64,000 nucleotides of DNA from Lingula anatina. Its lineage: Eukaryota > Animalia > Brachiopoda. The position numbers and the translations under genes are program-made. Positions 1 through 10,000 of the stretch are shown here, one piece after another; positions within the stretch are counted from its first letter, which is position 1; each line of letters opens with the position of its first letter. The DNA lies in assembly GCA_051362555.1 (NCBI GenBank), contig CM120641.1, forward strand, positions 31,378,401-31,442,400, in the 5' to 3' direction. The notes below the pieces were generated by a model. It did not search any database. It was not told where the DNA came from and was given only the letters and a program-made list of their open reading frames with translations.

Positions 1-233
1 CTGGTCAGGGCTAATTCCTATAGGAAAAACAGACAGCAAAAGACAACAGCAAGAGCAATGCTATGTCTCATCCATGTTTACAATAGATGGTATATGGCAA
101 GCTTTAGGACATTGTCAAATGGTGTGCTAAACCCTATTCCAGAAACCGATTGTAAGGAGGAATCTGCATCTAGTATTGGTAGTAAGGAGATGTCTTAAAT
201 GGGTATATATTTTTTTCCAGAGGACAATTATGG
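1..233 (+). repeat. Cassette exon-like core, copy 0 (5' end outside window)
   Basis: Matches the other cores from +53 onward and ends ATTATGG|GTAATT. Confidence 0.9.
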
Positions 234-489
234 GTAATTTGTCACCTCTTACACAAACAAACTCAAATCATAATATTTGATGTTTAATGTGAGTCTAATT
301 AGATGTTGTGAAATTGAAAAAAAAATATTGTAGATAATTTTCACTCTTCGCATACAAAATGTCAAACAACTACAATTCTACCACACACTGTCAACTGTTA
401 AGCTTATCACAGATTTTTGTTATTGCTAAGCATCATCTCTCCAAATTTCACAAATATTGAACAAGTTTTGTGAAAATTATTTATGTTTA

Positions 490-682
490 ACTATTTTAAG
501 GCACCGCATTTTGCAGTCTTTTCAATGTCATTTTCCGTTTTCTTAAATTTATTGTCCAAAAAAATCTTTTTTATGAGACACAGTCAACTGATGAGCTTAT
601 CACAGATTTTTATTGTTGATATGCATCATCTATCCAAATTTCACAAATATTAGACAAGATTTGGGAAAATTATTAACGTTTA
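490..682 (+). repeat. Example satellite monomer, subtype B (~193 bp)
   Basis: Diagnostic blocks AAGGCACC(G/A)CATTTTGCAG and TTTATTGTCCAAAAAAATCTTTTT. The remainder is colinear with subtype A. Confidence 0.95.
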
Positions 683-876
683 ACTATTTTAAGCCATGGA
701 ATTTGGCAGTCTTTTCAATGTCATTTTCAGTTTTCTCACATTTATATGCCCTGAAAAATGTTTTTCATGAGACACAGTCAACTGATGAGCTTATCACAGA
801 TTTTTATTGTTCTTATGCATCATCTATCCAAATTTCACAAATATTAGACAAGATTTGTGAAAATTATTAACGTTAA
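683..876 (+). repeat. Example satellite monomer, subtype A (~194 bp)
   Basis: Diagnostic blocks AAGCCATGGAATTTGGCAG and CACATTTATATGC(C/T)CTGAAAAATGTTTTTCATGA. The next monomer starts at ~877. Confidence 0.95.
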
Positions 877-2668
877 ACTATTTTAAGCCATGGAATTTGG
901 CAGTCTTTTCAATGTCATTTTCAGTTTTCTCACATTTATATGCTCTGAAAAATGTTTTTCATGAAACACAGTCAACTGATGAGCTTATCACAGATTTTTA
1001 TTGTTGATATGCATCATCTATCCAAATTTCACAAACATTAGACAAGATTTGTGAAAATTATTAACGTTTAACTATTTTAAGCCATGGAATTTGGCAGTCT
1101 TTTCAATGTCATTTTCAGTTTTCTCACATTTATATGCCCTGAAAAATGTTTTTCATGAGATGCAGTCAACTATCCAAATTTCACAAACATTACACAAGAT
1201 TTGTGAAAATTATTAACGTTTAACTATTTTAAGCCATGGAATTTGGCAGTCTTTTCAATGTCATTTTCAGTTTTCTCACATTTATATGCCCTGAAAAATG
1301 TTTTTCATGAGATGCAGTCAACTGATGAGCTTATCACAGATTTTTATTATTGTTAAGCATCATCTCTCCAAATTTCACAAATATTGAACAGGTTTTGTGA
1401 ATATTATTAACATTTAACTATTTTAAGGCACCGCATTTTGCAGTCTTCTTCGTGTTATTTTCAATTTTCTCAAATTTATTGTCCAAAAAAATCTTTTTAA
1501 TGAGACACAGTCAACTGATGAGCTTATCACAGATTTGTATTATTGTTATGCATCATCTATCCAAATTTCACAAATATTAAACAAGATTTGTGAAAATTAT
1601 TAACGTTAAACTATTTTAAGCCATGGAATTAGGCAGTCTTTTCAATGTCATTTTCAGTTTTCTCACATTTATATGCTCTGAAAAATGTTTTTCATGAAAC
1701 ACAGTCAACTGATGAGCTTATCACAGATTTTGATTATTGTTATGCATCATCTATCCAAAATTATTAACGTTTAACTATTTTAAGGCACCACATTTTGCAG
1801 TCTTTTCAATGTCATTTTCCGTTTTTCTCAATTTTATTGTCCAAAAAAATCTTTTTTATGAGACACAGGCAACTGATGAGCTTATCTCAGATTTTTATTA
1901 TTGTTAAGCATCATCTCTCCAAATTTCACAAATATTGAACAGGTTTTGTGAATATTATTAACATTTAACTATTTTAAGGCACCGCATTTTGCAGTCTTCT
2001 CAGTGTCATTTTCAATTTTCTCAAATTTATTGTCCAAAAAAATCTTTTTAATGAGACACAGTCAACTGATGAGCTTATCACAGATTTGTATTTTTGTTAT
2101 GCATCATCTATCCAAATTTCACAAATATTAAACAAGATATGTGAAAATTATTAACGTTAAACTATTTTAAGCCATGGAATTTGGCAGTCTTTTCAATGTC
2201 ATTTTCAGTTTTCTCACATTTATATGCTCTGAAAAATGTTTTTCATGAAACACAGTCAACTGATGAGCTTATCACAGATTTTGATTATTGTTATGCATCA
2301 TCTATCCAAAATTATTAACGTTTAACTATTTTAAGGCACCACATTTTGCAGTCTTTTCAATGTCATTTTCCGTTTTTCTCAATTTTATTGTCCAAAAAAA
2401 TCTTTTTTATGAGACACAGTCAACTGATGAGCTTATCACAGATTTGTATTGTTGTTATGCATCATCTATCCAAATTTCACAAACATTAGACAAGATTTGT
2501 GAAAATTATTAACGTTTAACTATTTTAAGCCATGGAATTTGGCAGTCTTTTCAATGTCATTTTTAGTTTTCTCACATTTATATGCCCTGAAAAATGTTTT
2601 ATATGAGATGCAGTCAACTGATGAGCTTATCACAGATTTTGATTATTGTTATGCATCATCTGTCCAAA

Positions 2669-2698
2669 TTTCACAAATCTTGAACAAGATTTGTGAAA
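2669..2698. repeat. 30-bp inverted repeat within each monomer (perfect example)
   Basis: TTTCACAAATCTTG-AA-CAAGATTTGTGAAA has 14-bp perfect arms. Most monomers keep the 10-bp outer arms. Confidence 0.95.
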
Positions 2699-5600
2699 AT
2701 TATTAACGTTTAACTATTTCAAGCCATGGAATTTGGCAGTCTTCTCAGTGTCATTTTCAATTTTCTCAAATTTATTGTCCAAAAAATCTTTTTAATGAGA
2801 CACAGTCAACTGATGAGCTTATCACAGATTTTTATTGTTGTTATGCATCATCTATCCAAATTTCACAAATATTGAACAAGTTTTGTGAAAATTATTTATG
2901 TTTAACTATTTTAAGGCACCGCATTTTGCAGTCTTTTCAATGTCATTTTCCGTTTTCTTAATTTTATTGTCCAAAAAAATCTTTTTTATGAGACACAGTC
3001 AACTGATGAGCTTATCACAGATTTTTATTGTTGATATGCATCATCTATCCAAATTTCACAAATATTAGACAAGATTTGGGAAAATTATTAACGTTTAACT
3101 ATTTTAAGCCATGGAATTTGGCAGTCTTTTCAATGTCATTTTCAGTTTTCTCACATTTATATGCCCTGAAAAATGTTTTTCATGAGACACAGTCAACTGA
3201 TGAGCTTATCACAGATTTTTATTGTTCTTATGCATCATCTATCCAAATTTCACAAATATTAGACAAGATTTGTGAAAATTATTAACGTTAAACTATTTTA
3301 AGCCATGGAATTTGGCAGTCTTTTCAATGTCATTTTCAGTTTTCTCACATTTATATGCTCTGAAAAATGTTTTTCATGAAACACAGTCAACTGATGAGCT
3401 TATCACAGATTTTTATTGTTGATATGCATCATCTATCCAAATTTCACAAACATTAGACAAGATTTGTGAAAATTATTAACGTTTAACTATTTTAAGCCAT
3501 GGAATTTGGCAGTCTTTTCAATGTCATTTTCAGTTTTCTCACATTTATATGCCCTGAAAAATGTTTTTCATGAGATGCAGTCAACTATCCAAATTTCACA
3601 AACATTACACAAGATTTGTGAAAATTATTAACGTTTAACTATTTTAAGCCATGGAATTTGGCAGTCTTTTCAATGTCATTTTCAGTTTTCTCACATTTAT
3701 ATGCCCTGAAAAATGTTTTTCATGAGATGCAGTCAACTGATGAGCTTATCACAGATTTTTATTATTGTTAAGCATCATCTCTCCAAATTTCACAAATATT
3801 GAACAGGTTTTGTGAATATTATTAACATTTAACTATTTTAAGGCACCGCATTTTGCAGTCTTCTTCGTGTTATTTTCAATTTTCTCAAATTTATTGTCCA
3901 AAAAAATCTTTTTAATGAGACACAGTCAACTGATGAGCTTATCACAGATTTGTATTATTGTTATGCATCATCTATCCAAATTTCACAAATATTAAACAAG
4001 ATTTGTGAAAATTATTAACGTTAAACTATTTTAAGCCATGGAATTTGGCAGTCTTTTCAATGTCATTTTCAGTTTTCTCACATTTATATGCTCTGAAAAA
4101 TGTTTTTCATGAAACACAGTCAACTGATGAGCTTATCACAGATTTTGATTATTGTTATGCATCATCTATCCAAAATTATTAACGTTTAACTATTTTAAGG
4201 CACCACATTTTGCAGTCTTTTCAATGTCATTTTCCGTTTTTCTCAATTTTATTGTCCAAAAAAATCTTTTTTATGAGACACAGGCAACTGATGAGCTTAT
4301 CTCAGATTTTTATTATTGTTAAGCATCATCTCTCCAAATTTCACAAATATTGAACAGGTTTTGTGAATATTATTAACATTTAACTATTTTAAGGCACCGC
4401 ATTTTGCAGTCTTCTCAGTGTCATTTTCAATTTTCTCAAATTTATTGTCCAAAAAAATCTTTTTAATGAGACACAGTCAACTGATGAGCTTATCACAGAT
4501 TTGTATTGTTGTTATGCATCATCTATCCAAATTTCACAAATATTAAACAAGATATGTGAAAATTATTAACGTTAAACTATTTTAAGCCATGGAATTTGGC
4601 AGTCTTTTCAATGTCATTTTCAGTTTTCTCACATTTATATGCTCTGAAAAATGTTTTTCATGAAACACAGTCAACTGATGAGCTTATCACAGATTTTGAT
4701 TATTGTTATGCATCATCTATCCAAAATTATTAACGTTTAACTATTTTAAGGCACCACATTTTGCAGTCTTTTCAATGTCATTTTCCTTTTTTCTCAATTT
4801 TATTGTCCAAAAAAATCTTTTTTATGAGACACAGGCAACTGATGAGCTTATCTCAGATTTTTATTATTGTTAAGCATCATCTCTCCAAATTTCACAAATA
4901 TTGAACAGGTTTTGTGAATATTATTAACATTTAACTATTTTAAGGCACCGCATTTTGCAGTCTTCTCAGTGTCATTTTCAATTTTCTCAAATTTATTGTC
5001 CAAAAAAATCTTTTTAATGAGACACAGTCAACTGATGAGCTTATCACAGATTTGTATTGTTGTTATGCATCATCTATCCAAATTTCACAAATATTAAACA
5101 AGATATGTGAAAATTATTAACGTTAAACTATTTTAAGCCATGGAATTTGGCAGTCTTTTCAATGTCATTTTCAGTTTTCTCACATTTATATGCTCTGAAA
5201 AATGTTTTTCATGAAACACAGTCAACTGATGAGCTTATCACAGATTTTTATTATTGTTATGCATCATCTATCCAAATTTCACAAATCTTGAAAAAGATTT
5301 GTGAAAATTATTAACGTTTAACTATTTTAAGGCACCGCATTTTGCAGTCTTTTCAATGTCATTTTCCGTTTTTCTCAATTTTATTGTCCAAAAAAATCTT
5401 TTTTATGAGACACAGTCAACTGATGAGCTTATCACAGATTTTTATTGTTGTTATGCATCATCTATCCAAATTTCACAAACATTAGACAAGATTTGTGAAA
5501 ATTATTAACGTTTAACTATTTTAAGCCATGGAATTTGGCAGTCTTTTCAATGTCATTTTCCGTTTTTCTCAATTTTATATGCTCTGAAAAATGTTTTTCA

Positions 5601-5921
5601 TGAGTTGCAGTCAACTGATGAGCTTATCACAGATTTTTATTATTGTTATGCATCATCTGTCCAAATTTCACAAATATTGGACAAGATTTGTGAAAATTAT
5701 TAACGTTTAACTATTTCAAGCCATGGAATTTGGCAGTCTTTTCAATGTCATTTTCAGTATTTCTCAAATTTATATGTTCTGAAAATGTCGTTTTTATTAG
5801 ACATAGTCAACTGTTTAGCTTAAGTTTATCAAAATTATTGTTCAACTTTTTTAATGTGGGAAATTTGTCAATTTTTAGAATTCAATTTTCACTTTTATCA
5901 AACATATTGTTCTTTTTCTAG

Positions 5922-6207
5922 GTGACCTTCTCCATACAGCGTGATGGCTTTTTTGGTGAACTGATTCTTCCTGTCTGGTCAGGGCTAATTCCTATAGGAA
6001 AAACAGACAGCAAAAGACAACAGCAAGAGCAATGCTATGTCTCATCCATGTTTACAATAGATGGTATATGGCAAGCTTTAGGACATTGTCAAATGGTGTG
6101 CTAAACCCTATTCCAGAAACCGATTGTAAGGAGGAATCTGCATCTGGTATTGGTAGTAAGGAGATGTCTTAAATGGGTATATATTCTTTTCCAGAGGACA
6201 ATTATGG
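5922..6207 (+). repeat. Cassette exon-like core, copy 1 (286 nt)
   Basis: TTCTTTTTCTAG|GTGACC ... ATTATGG|GTAATT. The repeat itself is certain; exon status is inferred. Confidence 0.9.
6016..6090 (+). ncRNA. Candidate pri-miRNA-like hairpin (in every cassette core, about +94 to +168 from the acceptor)
   Basis: Hand-folded pairings: GACAA/TTGTC, AGAGC/GCTTT, TGCTATGT/ATATGGCA, TCATC/GATGG, AT/AT and a ~7-nt loop. Four G-U pairs favour the + strand. I do not recognise a known family and have no expression evidence. Confidence 0.3.
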
Positions 6208-9200
6208 GTAATTTGTCACCTCTTACACAAACAAACTCAAATCATAATATTTGATGTTTAATGTGAGTCTAATTAGATGTTGTGAAATTGAAAAAAAAAT
6301 ATTGTAGATAATTCTCACTCTTCGCATACAAAATGTCAAACAACTACAATTCTATCACACACTGTCAACTGTTAAGCTTATCACAGATTTTTGTTATTGC
6401 TAAGCATCATCTCTCCAAATTTCACAAATATTGAACAAGTTTTGTGAAAATAATTTATGTTTAACTATTTTAAGGCACCGCATTTTGCAGTCTTTTCAAT
6501 GTCATTTTCCCTTTTCTCAATTTTATTGTCCAAAAAAATCTTTTTATGAGACACAGTCAACTGATGAGCTTATCACAGATTTTTATTCTTGATATGCATC
6601 ATCTATCCAAATTTCACAAATATTAGACAAGATTTGGGAAAATTATTAACGTTTAACTATTTTAAGCCATGGAATTTGGCAGTCGTTTCAGTGTTATTTT
6701 CAGTTTTCTCAAATTTATTGTCCAAAAAAAAATCTTTTTCATGAGACACAGTCAACTGATGAGCTTATCACAGATTTTTATTGTTCTTATGCATCATCTA
6801 TCCAAATTTCACAAATATTAGACAAGATTTGTGAAAATTATTAACGTTTAACTATTTTAAGCCAGGGAATTTGGCAGTCTTTTCAATGTCATTTTCAGTT
6901 TTCTCACATTTATATGCTCTGAAAAATGTTTTTCATGAGATGCAGTCAACTGATGGGCTTATCACAGATTTTGATTATTGTTTTGCATCATCTGTCCAAA
7001 TTTCACAAATCTTGAACAAATTTTGTGAAAATTATTTATGTTTAACTATTTTAAGGCACCGCATTTTGCAGTCTTCTCAGTGTCATTTTCAATTTTCTCA
7101 AATTTATTGTCCAAAAAATCTTTTTAATGAGACACAGTCAACTGATGAGCTTATCACAGATTTTTATTGTTGTTATGCATCATCTATCCAAATTTCACAA
7201 ATATTAGACAAGATTTGTGAAAATTATTAATGTTAAACTATTTTAAGCAATGGAATTTGGCAGTCTTTTCAATGTCATTTTCAGTTTTCTCACATTTATA
7301 TGCTCTGAAAAATGATTTTCATGAAACACAGTCAACTGATGAGCTTATCACAGATTTTTATTGTTGATATGCATCATCTATCCAAATTTCACAAACATTA
7401 GACAAGATTTGTGAAAATTATTAACGTTTAACTATTTTAAGCCATGGAATTTGGCAGTCTTTTCAATGTCATTTTCAGTTTTCTCACATTTATATGCCCT
7501 GAAAAATGTTTTTCATGAGATGCAGTCAACTGATGAGCTTATCACAGATTTTTATTATTGTTAAGCATCATCTCTCCAAATTTCACAAATATTGAACAGG
7601 TTTTGTGAATATTATTAACATTTAACTATTTTAAGGCACCGCATTTTGCAGTCTTCTTCGTGTTATTTTCAATTTTCTCAAATTTATTGTCCAAAAAAAT
7701 CTTTTTAATGAGACACAGTCAACTGATGAGCTTATCACAGATTTGTATTATTGTTATGCATCATCTATCCAAATTTCACAAATATTAAACAAGATTTGTG
7801 AAAATTATTAACGTTAAACTATTTTAAGCCATGGAATTTGGCAGTCTTTTCAATGTCATTTTCAGTTTTCTCACATTTATATGCTCTGAAAAATGTTTTT
7901 CATGAAACACAGTCAACTGATGAGCTTATCACAGATTTTGATTATTGTTATGCATCATCTATCCAAAATTATTAACGTTTAACTATTTTAAGGCACCACA
8001 TTTTGCAGTCTTTTCAATGTCATTTTCCGTTTTTCTCAATTTTATTGTCCAAAAAAATCTTTTTTATGAGACACAGGCAACTGATGAGCTTATCTCAGAT
8101 TTTTATTATTGTTAAGCATCATCTCTCCAAATTTCACAAATATTGAACAGGTTTTGTGAATATTATTAACATTTAACTATTTTAAGGCACCGCATTTTGC
8201 AGTCTTCTCAGTGTCATTTTCAATTTTCTCAAATTTATTGTCCAAAAAAATCTTTTTAATGAGACACAGTCAACTGATGAGCTTATCACAGATTTGTATT
8301 GTTGTTATGCATCATCTATCCAAATTTCACAAATATTAAACAAGATATGTGAAAATTATTAACGTTAAACTATTTTAAGCCATGGAATTTGGCAGTCTTT
8401 TCAATGTCATTTTCAGTTTTCTCACATTTATATGCTCTGAAAAATGTTTTTCATGAAACACAGTCAACTGATGAGCTTATCACAGATTTTGATTATTGTT
8501 ATGCATCATCTATCCAAAATTATTAACGTTTAACTATTTTAAGGCACCACATTTTGCAGTCTTTTCAATGTCATTTTCCGTTTTTCTCAATTTTATTGTC
8601 CAAAAAAATCTTTTTTATGAGACACAGGCAACTGATGAGCTTATCTCAGATTTTTATTATTGTTAAGCATCATCTCTCCAAATTTCACAAATATTGAACA
8701 GGTTTTGTGAATATTATTAACATTTAACTATTTTAAGGCACCGCATTTTGCAGTCTTCTCAGTGTCATTTTCAATTTTCTCAAATTTATTGTCCAAAAAA
8801 ATCTTTTTTATGAGACACAGTCAACTGATGAGCTTATCACAGATTTGTATTGTTGTTATGCATCATCTATCCAAATTTCACAAATATTAAACAAGATATG
8901 TGAAAATTATTAACGTTAAACTATTTTAAGCCATGGAATTTGGCAGTCTTTTCAATGTCATTTTCAGTTTTCTCACATTTATATGCTCTGAAAAATGTTT
9001 TTCATGAAACACAGTCAACTGATGAGCTTATCACAGATTTTTATTATTGTTATGCATCATCTATCCAAATTTCACAAATCTTGAAAAAGATTTGTGAAAA
9101 TTATTAACGTTTAACTATTTTAAGGCACCGCATTTTGCAGTCTTTTCAATGTCATTTTCCGTTTTTCTCAATTTTATTGTCCAAAAAAATCTTTTTTATG

Positions 9201-9714
9201 AGACACAGTCAACTGATGAGCTTATCACAGATTTTTATTGTTGTTATGCATCATCTATCCAAATTTCACAAACATTAGACAAGATTTGTGAAAATTATTA
9301 ACGTTTAACTATTTTAAGCCATGGAATTTGGCAGTCTTTTCAATGTCATTTTCCGTTTTTCTCAATTTTATATGCTCTGAAAAATGTTTTTCATGAGTTG
9401 CAGTCAACTGATGAGCTTATCACAGATTTTTATTATTGTTATGCATCATCTGTCCAAATTTCACAAATATTGGACAAGATTTGTGAAAATTATTAACGTT
9501 TAACTATTTCAAGCCATGGAATTTGGCAGTCTTTTCAATGTCATTTTCAGTATTTCTCAAATTTATATGTTCTGAAAATGTCGTTTTTATTAGACATAGT
9601 CAACTGTTTAGCTTAAGTTTATCAAAATTATTGTTCAACTTTTTTAATGTGGGAAATTTGTCAATTTTTAGAATTCAATTTTCACTTTTATCAAACATAT
9701 TGTTCTTTTTCTAG

Positions 9715-10000
9715 GTGACCTTCTCCATACAGCGTGATGGCTTTTTTGGTGAACTGATTCTTCCTGTCTGGTCAGGGCTAATTCCTATAGGAAAAACAGA
9801 CAGCAAAAGACAACAGCAAGAGCAATGCTATGTCTCATCCATGTTTACAATAGATGGTATATGGCAAGCTTTAGGACATTGTCAAATGGTGTGCTAAACC
9901 CTATTCCAGAAACCGATTGTAAGGAGGAATCTGCATCTGGTATTGGTAGTAAGGAGATGTCTTAAATGGGTATATATTCTTTTCCAGAGGACAATTATGG
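9715..10000 (+). repeat. Cassette core, copy 2
   Basis: TAG|GT acceptor type; duplicate of copy 1. Confidence 0.9.

Larger units (their letters stand above)
384..5813 (+). repeat. Longest uninterrupted satellite block (~28 monomers), with 2415-bp and ~551-bp higher-order repeats
   Basis: There is no cassette between copy 0 and copy 1. Identical ORFs lie at 613 and 3028 (offset 2415). Shortened monomers lie at ~1755/2305 and ~4170/4720. Confidence 0.93.

Noticed and set aside
782-789. C/D snoRNA boxes (TGATGA, CTGA) in the monomer
   Set aside because: The boxes overlap in a single word, with no terminal stem and no recognisable guide sequence.
613-870. Satellite-derived ORFs (e.g. 613, 2288, 6871, 26688, 31517, 49882, 51207)
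   Set aside because: These are chance open frames in the monomer and are broken by stops and indels in neighbouring copies.
963-983. Hammerhead ribozyme core words GAAAC-ACA-GTC-AA-CTGATGAG in the monomer (hammerheads are known in newt, schistosome and cricket satellites)
   Set aside because: Only 2 nt separate GTC from CTGATGA, so there is no stem I. The flanks give no stem II, even across adjacent monomers, and most monomers read GAGAC or GAGAT rather than GAAAC. An Infernal search or cleavage assay would settle it.
5985-6035. Minus-strand acceptor-like tract (TTGTCTTTTGCTGTCTGTTTTTTCTATAG|G)
   Set aside because: No convincing donor follows it, the minus strand is full of AATAAA, and the tract is simply the complement of the purine-rich core.
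5922-6104. Repeated 60-65 aa ORF (VTFSIQRDGFFGELILPVWSG...) as a CDS or phase-0 coding exon
   Set aside because: It has GTG/TTG starts in a eukaryotic context and no recognisable domain. Variants are mostly non-synonymous, frameshifted copies exist (14, 19, 27), and the only in-frame donor (ATG|GTGTGC) is weak.
6210-6217. U7-type Sm site AATTTGTC (also at ~5862), or an SL RNA/snRNA gene
   Set aside because: It lacks the following TAG and 3' stem-loop, I recognise no leader or snRNA sequence, and the 5862 copy is decayed satellite (AATTTGGC).
5806-6380. Cassette as a mobile element with a 17-bp target-site duplication (GTCAACTGTT(T/A)AGCTTA on both sides)
   Set aside because: The motif is part of the monomer, and satellite homology continues ~100 bp past the left copy. 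There are no TIRs, terminal poly(A), LTRs or Helitron 3' hairpin, and the shared junctions show tandem co-amplification rather than independent insertions.
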